Shown here in pieces: positions 9,480 through 18,893 of a stretch of 64,000 nucleotides of DNA. Every line of letters starts with the position of its first letter. Positions within the stretch are counted from its first letter, which is position 1. The notes under the pieces were generated by a model. It worked only from the letters and a program-made list of their open reading frames with translations. It did not search any database and was not told the origin of the DNA. Source of the DNA: an uncultured Actinomycetota bacterium (GTDB lineage: Bacteria; Actinomycetota; Actinomycetes; Propionibacteriales; Nocardioidaceae). The stretch spans positions 117,891 through 181,890 of the forward strand of contig CAWEQK010000002.1 of NCBI GenBank assembly GCA_963811215.1, in the 5' to 3' direction. The position numbers and the translations under genes were made by a program.

Positions 9480-10550
9480 ATGACAGCACCGGCGACGGAG
9501 ACCCCGCGCATGACCTCTCGCACCACACCCACCCCGGCACCGAGCACGGCGCAGGCCGAGCTGGGCGACTTCCCGGCGCTCACCGCGCGCTACTCGCGCG
9601 AGCTGCTGGCGCACTGCTACCGGATGAGCGGCTCGGTGCACGAGGCCGAGGACCTGGTGCAGGAGACGTTCCTGCGTGCCTGGAAGGCCTCGGCGGCCTT
9701 CGAGGGCCGCTCGTCGGTGCGGACCTGGCTCTATCGCATCGCGACGAACGTGTGCCTCTCGAGCTTGGAGGGGCGCCCGCGGCGGCCGCTGCCCACCGGC
9801 CTGGGCACCAGCGACCAGCCCGCCGGCGACGCCCTCGAGCAGGACCACGAGATCGCCTGGCTCGAGCCGGTGCCCGACGCCTCGGTGGTGGTGGAGGAGC
9901 GCGACTCGATCCGGCTGGCCTTCATCGCGGCCCTGCAGCACCTGCCCGCGCGGCAGCGGGCGGTGCTGATCATGCGCGACGTGCTGCGCTGGAGCGCCGC
10001 CGAGGTCGCCGAGGCGCTCGAGACCACCAGTGCCGCGGTCAACTCGGCCCTGCAGCGCGCGCACGCCCAGATGAGCGCGCGGGCGCTGACCCAGGACACC
10101 GTCGAGCCCGACCTGAGCCCCGAGCAGCAGCACCTGCTCGAGCGCTACGTCGACGCGTTCTGGCGCAAGGACGTCGACCAGATCGTCTCCATGCTCACCG
10201 CCGAGGCCGTGTGGGAGATGCCGCCCTTCACCAGCTGGTTCCGGGGGCGTGCCAACATCGCCTGGCTGATCGGCAACGAGTGCCCCGGCGGCACCCGCGA
10301 CATGCCGATGCTCGCCACCCGCGCCAACGGCCAGCCCGCCTTCGGGATGTACATGCGCGGGCCGGGCGGCGACTTCACGCCGTTCCAGCTGCACGTGCTC
10401 GAGATGACGGGCCCGTCCGCGGCCCCGGAGATCCGCCAGGTCGCCGCGTTCTTCGACCCTCGCCTCTTCGCCGCCTTCGGCCTGCCCGCGAGCCTGCCGG
10501 CCGACCACGTGCCGCAGGGCACCGACACCCGTCCCGGCGCCCCGGGATGA
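9480..10550 (+). CDS. sigG: ECF sigma factor with SnoaL-like C-terminal extension (SigG/ECF56)
   Basis: ELLAHCYRMSGSVHEAEDLVQETFLRAW, RTWLYRIATNVCL, WLEPVPD linker, LQHLPARQRAVL, EMPP and ANGQPAF SnoaL motifs. Confidence 0.92.
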   Translation: MTAPATETPRMTSRTTPTPAPSTAQAELGDFPALTARYSRELLAHCYRMSGSVHEAEDLVQETFLRAWKASAAFEGRSSVRTWLYRIATNVCLSSLEGRPRRPLPTGLGTSDQPAGDALEQDHEIAWLEPVPDASVVVEERDSIRLAFIAALQHLPARQRAVLIMRDVLRWSAAEVAEALETTSAAVNSALQRAHAQMSARALTQDTVEPDLSPEQQHLLERYVDAFWRKDVDQIVSMLTAEAVWEMPPFTSWFRGRANIAWLIGNECPGGTRDMPMLATRANGQPAFGMYMRGPGGDFTPFQLHVLEMTGPSAAPEIRQVAAFFDPRLFAAFGLPASLPADHVPQGTDTRPGAPG

Positions 10551-11170
10551 GCACGCGGCTCGACCACGCGGTCGGGCTGCTGGAGCGCTCGCTGGTCGGC
10601 ACCCGGGCGGTGCTGGGCCGGGTCGGTCCCCGCGACCTGGGGCGCCCCACGCCGTGCGCCGCCTGGGACCTGGCAGCCCTCCTGGGCCACATGGACGACT
10701 CGCTGGGGGCCTACCTCGAGGCCAGCCACGGGGTGCTGCGGCTGCCGCCGGCGCACCCGCCCGCGGCTGCGGCGTACGACGACCCCGCCGCGCGGCTGCG
10801 CGCCCGGGCCTGCACACTGCTCGGCGCCTGGGCCGCCGCCGCCGAGCAGGACCTCGACGACGTCGAGCTGGCGGGTGCCGGCGGCCCGCCCGTGGGTCTG
10901 GCCGCCGACCTGCTGGTCTCGACGGCCGCGCTCGAGGTCGCCGTGCACGGCTGGGACGTGGCACGCAGCCTCGGCGAGCCCGACGACGGAGACCGGGTGG
11001 TCGGCGCGCTGCCGCCCGACCTGGCCGCGGCGCTGCTGCCGGTGGCGCGCTGCACGGTCGCGTCCGGGCGCGCCGAGGGGCACTTCGCCGACGCCGGCAC
11101 CAGCCGGCCGGGCGCCGGACCGGTCGCGGCCCTGCTCGCGCTGGTCGGCCGGGCCGCAGCGACCGGGTGA
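10547..11170 (+). CDS. TIGR03086-like / mycothiol-dependent maleylpyruvate isomerase N-terminal metal-binding protein
   Basis: RPTPCAAWDLAALLGHM and EVAVHGWDVA; ATGA overlap with sigG. Confidence 0.85.
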   Translation: MSTRLDHAVGLLERSLVGTRAVLGRVGPRDLGRPTPCAAWDLAALLGHMDDSLGAYLEASHGVLRLPPAHPPAAAAYDDPAARLRARACTLLGAWAAAAEQDLDDVELAGAGGPPVGLAADLLVSTAALEVAVHGWDVARSLGEPDDGDRVVGALPPDLAAALLPVARCTVASGRAEGHFADAGTSRPGAGPVAALLALVGRAAATG

Positions 11171-11236
11171 CTGGACCGGGCCGGGCGTTCCCCGGGAAAA
11201 AGCGCGGGCGAAGTTTTACCTTCCTACGCTGCTCGC

Positions 11237-12229
11237 ATGCCGCACTCCCGATCGGGGGGCCCGACCACCCGCCTCGCGCCCGCCACCCCGCTCCAGCACG
11301 CCGGGGCCCTGCTGCGGGCCGGCCGGGTGCGCGAGGCGGCCTCGGCGCTGGCCGTGCTCACGGCGGACCCACCCGGCGGCCACATCGAGGGGGCCGGCCT
11401 GCTGGCCGCGCGGGCCGAGGTCCTCGTCGGGCGGGGCGACCTCACCACCGCCGCCACCCTCGTCGGGCCGCTGCTCGGCCTGGTCACGGTGCCCGGACCC
11501 GGCGCACACGCGGGCGCAGCGGTGGCCCACCACGCGCTCGGAGAGCTCGCGGCGGCCGCCGGCGACGTCGACTCCTCGGTCGAGCACCACGCCCGGGTCG
11601 GCGTGCTGGCGCCCGGGGCCGACCCCGAGCAGCTGCCCTGGCGCGCCAACCAGGCCCTGGCGCTCGCCCGGGCCCGCCGCCGCGACGACGCCGCCCGCCA
11701 GGCCCGGGCCCACCTGCGGGTCGGCCGGGCCGTGGGGTCGGCGTACGCCGTCGCGCACGGTCTGCGCGCCCTGGCCACGGTCAGCCCGACCGTCGACGGG
11801 GTCGGGCTGCTCGAGGAGGCGCGCGAGGCGCTGGGCACCGTCGGCGCCGCCCGGCTCGGGGCGCAGGTCGACACCGACCTGGCCGGGCTGCTGGTGCTCT
11901 CCGGCAGCGGGTCGTCGCTGCGGGTGCTGCGTCTGCTGCGCGACGCCGAGACGTACGCCGCCACGGAGGGCCTGTGGCCGCTGCGCCAGCGGGCCCGGCG
12001 CCTGCTCGACCTCGTCGGCGCCGGCGCCGAGGGACGCAGCGAGGCGCTGGCGGCGCTGACCGTGGCCGAGCGCCGGGTCGCCGAGCTGGCCGTGCAGGGG
12101 CTGAGCAACCGCGAGATCGCCACCACGCTGGTGGTGACGGTCAAGGCCGTCGAGTGGCACCTGTCGCGGGTCTACCGCAAGGTGCGGATCACCTCGCGCC
12201 GCGAGCTCGCCGGCGCCCTCATGGGCTGA
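11237..12229 (+). CDS. LuxR C-terminal HTH transcriptional regulator
   Basis: LTVAERRVAELAVQGLSNREIATTLVVTVKAVEWHLSRVYRK. A -10 TACGCT lies 6 nt before the ATG. Confidence 0.88.
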   Translation: MPHSRSGGPTTRLAPATPLQHAGALLRAGRVREAASALAVLTADPPGGHIEGAGLLAARAEVLVGRGDLTTAATLVGPLLGLVTVPGPGAHAGAAVAHHALGELAAAAGDVDSSVEHHARVGVLAPGADPEQLPWRANQALALARARRRDDAARQARAHLRVGRAVGSAYAVAHGLRALATVSPTVDGVGLLEEAREALGTVGAARLGAQVDTDLAGLLVLSGSGSSLRVLRLLRDAETYAATEGLWPLRQRARRLLDLVGAGAEGRSEALAALTVAERRVAELAVQGLSNREIATTLVVTVKAVEWHLSRVYRKVRITSRRELAGALMG

Positions 12230-13226
12230 GGTCGGTCCAGGTCAGGGTGCGGCCGTGCCCGTGGGTCCAGGCCACGGCCCGCCCGTCGAGGCCGAGCACG
12301 AAGGAACCCGGCGGCGGGGCCGGCCCGGTGCCGGTGACGGCGGGCAGCACGTCGGGTCCCTCGTTGCTGACCCAGTGGCACGACCCGTCGGCGACCAGCC
12401 CCCGCAGCAGCGCCTCGGCCTCGCGCCGGGCCGGCTCGGGCAGGTAGCTCAGCACCGCGCTGTGCTGCACCACGACCCGCCCGTGGGCCGCGGCCCGCTC
12501 CACCAGCGCGGGCAGCTCCTCGACCAGGTCGCCGGCCACGAGGTGCGGCGGGTCGCTGCGCGCCACGTCGACCGCGCTGACCAGCACCCGGCGACGGTCG
12601 TCGTGCTCGGGCCAGACCAGCGTCTCGAGCCACGCCGCCGCGTCGGGGTCGGTCACGTCGAGGGGGTGCAGGTCGACGCCGCCGCGCCAGGCGAGCGCAG
12701 GCAGCTCCCGGGGCAGCGGGGCCCGGGCACCGTCGTGGCCCCCGACCCGGCACTCCAGCACCGGCCGGGACGCGTCGGTGCCGACCTCGTGCACGACCCG
12801 ACCGTCGGGGTCGAGGTAGCGGTGGCCCCAGCGGTCCGGGTAGAGGCACAGCCCCGCGCTCGCCCCGACCTCGACCAGCGCCAGCGGGCCGGGGCCGAGG
12901 GTGGCCAGCGCCGGCAGCAGCGTGGCCATCCGGCCGGCCTCGTTGGTCTGGGTGCGCCGCGAGAGGATCGTGGCCCGGATCGCCCCGTCGTCGCCCAGCA
13001 GCGCGGCACGCAGGGCGGCGTACGGCGCAGGGGCCGCGACGCCGTGCCAGCGCGCGGCCGCGAAGACCAGGTTGGGCTGGCGGCGCGGCGCCGGGAGGGT
13101 CTCGAGCCAGGCCCGCACCTCCGCGTCGCCGACCACCCCGAGCGCCCACTCGGTGAAGCACGGCGAGTCGTCGGTGTACCTGGCGAAGTCCTCGTAGACC
13201 GCGACCACGTCACCCTCCACCAGCAT
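12219..13226 (-). CDS. DUF2332 domain-containing protein
   Basis: QPNLVFAA, TQTNEAGR, LVEVGASAGLCLYPD, GVDLHPLD, HSAVLSYL, WVSNEG. ATG at 13226. Confidence 0.85.
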   Translation of the reverse strand: MLVEGDVVAVYEDFARYTDDSPCFTEWALGVVGDAEVRAWLETLPAPRRQPNLVFAAARWHGVAAPAPYAALRAALLGDDGAIRATILSRRTQTNEAGRMATLLPALATLGPGPLALVEVGASAGLCLYPDRWGHRYLDPDGRVVHEVGTDASRPVLECRVGGHDGARAPLPRELPALAWRGGVDLHPLDVTDPDAAAWLETLVWPEHDDRRRVLVSAVDVARSDPPHLVAGDLVEELPALVERAAAHGRVVVQHSAVLSYLPEPARREAEALLRGLVADGSCHWVSNEGPDVLPAVTGTGPAPPPGSFVLGLDGRAVAWTHGHGRTLTWTDLSP

Positions 13227-13240
13227 GCGCCCCAGTATCC

Positions 13241-13425
13241 GACCCGGCCCGGATCTCCCGCTGACCCGGCCCGGACTTCGCCCCGACCCGGCCCGAACCA
13301 CCCTGGGTGAAGACCGGTGCTGCGCCGGCCGTCCGAGTGAGGGAGGCTGGGCACGTGACGACGTACCTCATCATCGGTGTGCTCGGCCGTCGGCCCGGAT
13401 CTCTGCCTGAGCCGGCCCGGAACTC
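13241..13425 (+). repeat. Intergenic repeat cluster, core GACCCGGCCCGGA, 22-nt period
   Basis: Full cores at 13241, 13263 and 13285, plus a degenerate pair whose CGGCCCGGA sub-cores start at 13391 and 13413. Confidence 0.75.
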
Positions 13426-13444
13426 CACCGCAGGACGGGCATCG

Positions 13445-14023
13445 GTGGCTCGCGCAGGTCTGAGCGTGCAGCGCCTGGCCGAGGCCGGCGCCGAGCTCGC
13501 CGACGAGGAGGGGTTCGCGGCGCTCACGCCCTCCGAGCTGGCCCGCCGGGTGGGGGTGCGCACCGCGAGCATCTACTCCCACGTGCGCAGCGCCCAGGAC
13601 CTGCGCGAGCAGGTGGCGCTGCTCGCGCTCGCGGAGATGGCCGACCGGCTCGGGGACGCCCTCGCCGGGCGCTCGGGCAGGGACGCGCTGGTCGCGCTGG
13701 CCGGCGTCTACCGGGACTACGCGCGTGCCCACCCGGGCCGCTACGAGGCCAGCCGCCTGCGGCTGGAACCGGCCGCGGCCGCTGCCAGCGCGGGGCCCCG
13801 GCACGCGGCGATGACGCGGGCCGTGCTGCACGGGTACGGCGTCGAGGGGGCCGACCAGACCCACGCCGTGCGGCTGGTCGGCAGTACCGTGCACGGCTTC
13901 GTGAGCCTCGAGCTCGCCGGCGGGTTCGAGCACAGCGAGCCTGCGGCGCAGGAGAGCTGGGACCGGATGCTCGACGGGATCGACACGGTGCTGCGCGCAT
14001 GGGGTGGCCGATACATGAATTAG
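13445..14023 (+). CDS. TetR/AcrR family regulator (WHG-like C-terminus)
   Basis: ARAGLS...ADEEGFAALTPSELARRVGVRTASIYSHV, STVHGFVSLE. An in-frame alternative GTG lies at 13355. Confidence 0.9.
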   Translation: MARAGLSVQRLAEAGAELADEEGFAALTPSELARRVGVRTASIYSHVRSAQDLREQVALLALAEMADRLGDALAGRSGRDALVALAGVYRDYARAHPGRYEASRLRLEPAAAAASAGPRHAAMTRAVLHGYGVEGADQTHAVRLVGSTVHGFVSLELAGGFEHSEPAAQESWDRMLDGIDTVLRAWGGRYMN

Positions 14024-14037
14024 GCATTTGCCTAATT
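14018..14037. promoter_or_regulatory. AT-rich inverted repeat AATTAGGCA-TT-TGCCTAATT, probable TetR operator for the SGNH hydrolase
   Basis: Perfect 9-bp arms overlapping the TetR stop codon, just upstream of a -10-like TAGTTT (14042-14047). Confidence 0.75.
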
Positions 14038-14083
14038 GTCATAGTTTCATGGTGGTCGAGACCGCCCACCTCCGGGAGCACCC

Positions 14084-15241
14084 ATGACCATCACCCCCGT
14101 CAGCGCTGAGCTCGTGCGCGGTGCGCTCGAGCTCGAGCCGACCTCGGCAGGACTCGTCCCACACCGACTGCCCGCACGCGCCCGAGCGCAGGTCACCGAC
14201 CCACAGCTGACGATGGCCGAGGCGCAGCCCGCCGGGGTCCGCGTCGCGCTGCGCACGGCGTCGACGTACGTCGAGCTCGTCACGGTGCCGACCAAGCGGG
14301 TCTACGCCGGCATGCCGGCCCGGCCCGACGGCGTCTACGAGCTGGTCGTCGACGGTGCGGTCGTGGGCAGCGGCTCGGTCACCGGCGGCACCACGCTGAC
14401 CATCGACGTTGCGGCCGGCACCTTCGAGCAGACCCCGGGCGAACCCGGCCTGGTGCGCTTCGACGGGCTCGCGCCCGCGACCAAGGACCTGGAGATCTGG
14501 TTGCCGCACGACGAGGCGACCGTGCTGGTCGAGCTGCGGACCGACGCGCCCGTCGAACCGGTCCCCGACCGTGGCCGACGGCGCTGGGTGCACCACGGCA
14601 GCTCGATCAGCCAGGGCTCCAACGCCGCCGCACCGACCGGGACCTGGCCGGCGGTGGCGGCGCGGGCCGCCGGCGTCGAGCTGGTGAACCTCGGCTTCGG
14701 GGGCGGCGCGCTGCTGGACCCCTTCACCGCGCGGGCGATCCGGGACACCCCCGCCGACCTGGTCAGCCTCAAGGTCGGCATCAACCTGGTCAACCTCGAC
14801 CTGCTGCGCCGCCGCGCCCTCGGCCCGGCGGTCCACGGCTTCCTGGACACCGTCCGGGAGGGGCACCCCGACGTACCGCTGCTGGTGGTCACGCCGCTGC
14901 ACTGCGCGATCCACGAGCAGACACCCGGGCCGGCCGCCATCGACCCTGCGGCCTTCGCGCAGGGCAGGACGTCGTTCCGGGCGACCGGCTCCCCCGAGGA
15001 CGTCGCCTGCGGTCGGCTCAGCCTCGAGGTGGTCCGCGCCGAGCTCGCCGCCGTCGTCGCCGCACGCGCCGGCAGCGACCCGCACCTGCACCTGCTCGAC
15101 GGCTTGGAGCTCTACGGCGCCGAGGACGAGCGTGCCCACCCGCTTCCCGACGCCCTGCACCCCGACGCCGCCACGCACCGCCTGGTCGGCGAGCGCTTCC
15201 ACGACCTGGTCCTCGGCGGTGCCGGGCCCTTCACGAGGTGA
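14084..15241 (+). CDS. SGNH/GDSL hydrolase (SsfX3-like)
   Basis: HHGSSISQG (block I), NLGFGG, KVGINL, DALHP. SD GGGAG upstream. Confidence 0.9.
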   Translation: MTITPVSAELVRGALELEPTSAGLVPHRLPARARAQVTDPQLTMAEAQPAGVRVALRTASTYVELVTVPTKRVYAGMPARPDGVYELVVDGAVVGSGSVTGGTTLTIDVAAGTFEQTPGEPGLVRFDGLAPATKDLEIWLPHDEATVLVELRTDAPVEPVPDRGRRRWVHHGSSISQGSNAAAPTGTWPAVAARAAGVELVNLGFGGGALLDPFTARAIRDTPADLVSLKVGINLVNLDLLRRRALGPAVHGFLDTVREGHPDVPLLVVTPLHCAIHEQTPGPAAIDPAAFAQGRTSFRATGSPEDVACGRLSLEVVRAELAAVVAARAGSDPHLHLLDGLELYGAEDERAHPLPDALHPDAATHRLVGERFHDLVLGGAGPFTR

Positions 15242-15257
15242 GGTCCGGGCCGGGTCG
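15240..15257 (-). repeat. Single inverted copy of the GACCCGGCCCGGA repeat
   Basis: Reverse complement reads CGACCCGGCCCGGACCTC. Confidence 0.6.
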
Positions 15258-15269
15258 CGGCTGGGTGGG

Positions 15270-16748
15270 TCAGGTGGCGGGGAGGGCGACGTACGTCGTC
15301 TCGAGGTACTCCTCGATGCCCTCGAAGCCACCCTCGCGACCGAAGCCCGAGGCCTTCACACCGCCGAACGGCGCCGCGGGGTTGGAGATCAGGCCGGTGT
15401 TGACGCCGACCATGCCGAACTCCAGCGCCTCGGCCATCCGGATCGTGCGGGACAGGTCGCGGGTGTAGACGTAGGAGGCCAGGCCGTACTCCGTGGCGTT
15501 GGCCGCCGCGACGGCCTCCTCCTCGGTGCTGAACGTCGTGATCGGCGCGACCGGACCGAAGATCTCCTCGGTGTTGATCGCCGACTCGGCGGGCACGTCG
15601 AGCAGCACGGTCGGCTGGTAGAACCACCCGGCGCCGTCAGGACGCGCGCCGCCGGTGACCACCCGGGCCCCGTCGTGCACGGCGTCGGTGACCAGCCGGT
15701 CGACCGAGTCGACGGCGTCCTCGTCGATGAGCGGGCCGACGTCGACGCCCTCGTCCTGGCCGCGACCCAGCGACAGCGCGCCCATCCGGGCCGCGAGCTT
15801 CTCGGCGAACTCGGCGGCGACGTCCTGGTGCACCAGGAAGCGGTTGGCCGCTGTGCAGGCCTCGCCCATGTTGCGCATCTTGGCCACCATCGCGCCGTCG
15901 ACCGCGGCGTCGAGGTCGGCGTCGGCGAAGACCAGGAACGGCGCGTTGCCACCGAGCTCCATGCTCACCCGCTGCAGCTGGTCGGCGGACTGGCGCACCA
16001 GGGTGCGGCCCACGCCGGTCGAGCCGGTGAAGGAGACCTTGCGCAGCCGGTCGTCGCCCTGCAGCGCCTGGCTCATCTCCTTCGCGTGCGTCGAGGGCAG
16101 CACGTTGAGGACCCCGTCGGGCAGCCCGGCCTCGCCGAGGATCGCGGCCAGCGCCAGCATCGTGAGAGGCGTCTGGGCGGCGGGCTTGACCACCATCGTG
16201 CAGCCGGCCGCGACCGCCGGGCCGATCTTGCGGGTGCCCATGGCCAGCGGGAAGTTCCACGGCGTGACGAAGAAGCACGGCCCGACCGGCTTCTTGATCG
16301 TCAGCAGGCGGCTGCCGCCCGCGGGCGCGTGCATCCACCGGCCGTGGATGCGCACGGCCTCCTCGGAGTACCAGCGGAAGAACTCGTTGCCGTAGCCGAC
16401 CTCGCCCTTGGCCTCGGCGAGGGTCTTGCCCATCTCGAGGCTCATCAGCCGGGCCAGGTCGTCGGCGCGGTCGGCGATCATCTCGAAGGCGCGGCGCAGG
16501 ATCTCGCCGCGCTCACGGGGAGGCGTCGCGGCCCAGCCGGCCTGCGCGGCGACCGCGGCGTCGAGCGCCTCGGCGGCGTCGTCCACCGAGGCGTCGGCGA
16601 CCCGGGTCAGCACCGACCCGTCGGCCGGGTCGTGCACGGTGAAGGTGGCGCCGTCCTCGGCGTCGCGCCACCGGCCCCCCACGAGGAGTCGGCGGTGCTC
16701 GTCGGGCAGCAGGGCGGCGAGGTCGGGGGTCAGGTCGGGACCGGTCAT
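15270..16748 (-). CDS. gabD: NAD(P)-dependent succinate-semialdehyde dehydrogenase
   Basis: TPWNFP, SFTGSTGVG, SMELGGNAP, RNMGEACTA, EEIFGP, APFGGVKASGFGREG. Confidence 0.92.
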   Translation of the reverse strand: MTGPDLTPDLAALLPDEHRRLLVGGRWRDAEDGATFTVHDPADGSVLTRVADASVDDAAEALDAAVAAQAGWAATPPRERGEILRRAFEMIADRADDLARLMSLEMGKTLAEAKGEVGYGNEFFRWYSEEAVRIHGRWMHAPAGGSRLLTIKKPVGPCFFVTPWNFPLAMGTRKIGPAVAAGCTMVVKPAAQTPLTMLALAAILGEAGLPDGVLNVLPSTHAKEMSQALQGDDRLRKVSFTGSTGVGRTLVRQSADQLQRVSMELGGNAPFLVFADADLDAAVDGAMVAKMRNMGEACTAANRFLVHQDVAAEFAEKLAARMGALSLGRGQDEGVDVGPLIDEDAVDSVDRLVTDAVHDGARVVTGGARPDGAGWFYQPTVLLDVPAESAINTEEIFGPVAPITTFSTEEEAVAAANATEYGLASYVYTRDLSRTIRMAEALEFGMVGVNTGLISNPAAPFGGVKASGFGREGGFEGIEEYLETTYVALPAT

Positions 16749-16787
16749 GACGCGATCCTCGCACCACGATCCGCTCCACCCAACGCC

Positions 16788-16900
16788 TTCACCCGCCTGG
16801 CGGGTCGTGGCATACTCGGAGATGTCGACTTCGGAGGGAGCACTCAGGAGACGGCTGTGGACCCCTCGCCGACCCCATGCGGCGGGGGGTTCATCTCTTC
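16788..16900 (+). ncRNA. Candidate small RNA transcription unit (promoter, about 75-nt transcript, terminator hairpin)
   Basis: TTCACC-N17-CATACT with an extended TG, then hairpin ACCCCTCGCCG-ACCCCATG-CGGCGGGGGGT and a pyrimidine tail. Both flanking genes are on the minus strand. Confidence 0.45.
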
Positions 16901-16911
16901 CTGATCAACGT

Positions 16912-18825
16912 TCACCCTGCCCCCAGCAGCGCCTCGACGAGCGGACCGGCGGTGCGCGAGCCCGACTCGCCCACCTCGACGTACGCCGCGACCGCCAGGT
17001 CGCCCTGCGCAGCCACCATCCAGGCGTGGGTGAGGAGCTTCCCGTCACGCTCGAACTCGGCGGTGCCGGTCTTGGCCAGCACGGCCGGACCGGGCACGTC
17101 GGCCAGCCCGCGCCCGCTGCCGGAGACCACCACCTCCCGCAGCATCGAGCGCAGCGCCTCGGCCTCGCCCCTCGTCAGCGGCGCGGCGCCCTCGGGCGGG
17201 TCGTCGGTGTAGCCCTCGACCAGCGTCGGCACCACGGTCGCGCCCTCCTGGACGCTGGCGACCACGGCCGCCATCGCCATCGGCGAGGCCAGCACCCGGC
17301 CCTGGCCGATCAACGAGGCGGCGGCCTCGGTGTCGGTCTCGGGCTGGGGCACGCTGCCGAAGTACGCCGGGAAGCCGAGGTCGTGGTCGATGCCCAGGCC
17401 CAGCGTGGCGGCGGCGTCGTAGAGGTCGGTGCCGCCGATCCGCTCGCCCTCGGCGATCAGGGCGGTGTTGCACGAGCTGGCGATCGCCCGGCGCAGCGGG
17501 ATCGGGCCCAGGTCGGCCGCGGGGTAGTCGGAGTAGTTGGTGAAGCGGCGCCCGTCGACGACCACGCCGGGGGTGCAGCGCACGGTCGAGGCGGGGCTGA
17601 GCCCGGCGCGCAGCAGGGCCAGGCTGGTGACGATCTTGAAGGTGCTGCCCGGCGCAGCCTGGCCGAAGGTGGCGACGTTGGTCGCACCGACCCCGGGCCC
17701 GTTGGCCGCGGCCAGCACCTCGCCGGTGCTGGGTCGCAGGGCGACCAGCGCGCTGGCGGGGCCGACCCCGGCCAGCAGCTGCTCGGCGGTGCGCTGGAGG
17801 TCGACGTCGAGGCTCAGCACCAGGTCGTCGCCGTCGGTGGCCGGCATCGCCACCAGCTCGCGCTCGCCCCCGCTCGCGCCCGGGGCGTCGTCGACGGCAC
17901 GCACCAGCACGCCCGGGCTGCCGCGCAGCTCCTCGTCGTAGCGCGCCTGCAGCCCCGAGAGTCCGGCCCGGTCACCGACCCGGTAGACCCCGGGCTGGTC
18001 GGCCATCATCTCGGCGGTCACCTCGCCGACGCTGCCGAGCAGCTCGGCGGCGAAGTCGCGGGTCGGGGCCAGGGGCTGCTCGTCGGCGATCGCGACCACG
18101 CCCGCGGTGGACTCGACCACCTGGGCCACCGGGCCCGGCACCTCGTCGGCCCGGTAGACGATCGCCTCGACGAAGGCCTGCTCGCCCGCGCCCTCGACGC
18201 GGTCGCGGTACGCCGCCACGTCGAGGTCGGCGAGCCCGGCCAGGCGCTCGGCGGCGCGCAGCGCCTGCTTCGTCGCCACCACCGAGCGGTCGACCCCGAA
18301 GCGCACGACCGGCCGCTCGGTCACGATCGGCTTCCCGCCGGCGCCGACCACGTCGCCCCGCGACGCAGCCAGGGTGGAGGCGTCGAGCACCTCGCCCTCG
18401 ACCAGGCTGGGCTCGACCACCGACGGCTGCCACACGGCGCGCCACCCGTCGTCGACCAGGCGCAGGCTCGTGGTCGACTCGTAGGCCCACTCGCCAGCCG
18501 GCAGCGGCCAGGTCCAGCCCAGGTCGACCTCGGCGACGTCGCCGCTGTGGCTGACGTCGAGCACCTCGACCCGGGGCTCGACGCCACCGAAGGCCGGTTC
18601 CAGCCCCGCGACCAGCTCGGCGTGGGCCTCGTCGGCGGCAGCCGCGGCCGGCTCGGCCAGCGGCACCGAGCCGGGCACACCCGCCGCGAGGGCGGCGGCG
18701 TACGCCTCGGCGGCCGGGCGCGGGTCGGGCCCGCTCACCGTGTCGGCGACCTGGTCGCAGCCGGCGAGGCTGGCCGAGGCCAGCGCCCCCGCACCGAGGA
18801 GGGCCAGGGTCCCGAGTCGTCGCAT
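16912..18825 (-). CDS. Penicillin-binding transpeptidase lipoprotein (class B-like, NTF2/MecA-N-like N-terminus)
   Basis: Lipobox LAGC; SxxK (GSTFK), SxN (SCN) and KTG motifs. TAGGAA lies 6 nt before the ATG. Confidence 0.92.
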   Translation of the reverse strand: MRRLGTLALLGAGALASASLAGCDQVADTVSGPDPRPAAEAYAAALAAGVPGSVPLAEPAAAAADEAHAELVAGLEPAFGGVEPRVEVLDVSHSGDVAEVDLGWTWPLPAGEWAYESTTSLRLVDDGWRAVWQPSVVEPSLVEGEVLDASTLAASRGDVVGAGGKPIVTERPVVRFGVDRSVVATKQALRAAERLAGLADLDVAAYRDRVEGAGEQAFVEAIVYRADEVPGPVAQVVESTAGVVAIADEQPLAPTRDFAAELLGSVGEVTAEMMADQPGVYRVGDRAGLSGLQARYDEELRGSPGVLVRAVDDAPGASGGERELVAMPATDGDDLVLSLDVDLQRTAEQLLAGVGPASALVALRPSTGEVLAAANGPGVGATNVATFGQAAPGSTFKIVTSLALLRAGLSPASTVRCTPGVVVDGRRFTNYSDYPAADLGPIPLRRAIASSCNTALIAEGERIGGTDLYDAAATLGLGIDHDLGFPAYFGSVPQPETDTEAAASLIGQGRVLASPMAMAAVVASVQEGATVVPTLVEGYTDDPPEGAAPLTRGEAEALRSMLREVVVSGSGRGLADVPGPAVLAKTGTAEFERDGKLLTHAWMVAAQGDLAVAAYVEVGESGSRTAGPLVEALLGAG

Positions 18826-18840
18826 GCGACGTTCCTACCA

Positions 18841-18885
18841 GCACCCGCCCCCGGTCCCGGTCAGGGACGGGCCCGGGGCGGGCGC
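18841..18885 (-). terminator. GC-rich hairpin downstream of deaD
   Basis: Imperfect inverted repeat CCCGCCCC..CCCG / CGGG..GGGGCGGG. Confidence 0.5.
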
Positions 18886-18893
18886 TCGAGGGA

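Noticed and set aside
13241-13300. Repeat-spacer pattern as a mini CRISPR array
   Set aside because: The 13-nt repeat and 9-nt spacer are far too short, there are only three units, and no cas genes are present.
16822-16912. Leaderless peptide starting at ATG 16822
   Set aside because: The frame has atypical codons, crosses the terminator hairpin and continues antisense through the PBP gene without a nearby stop. A non-coding RNA fits better.
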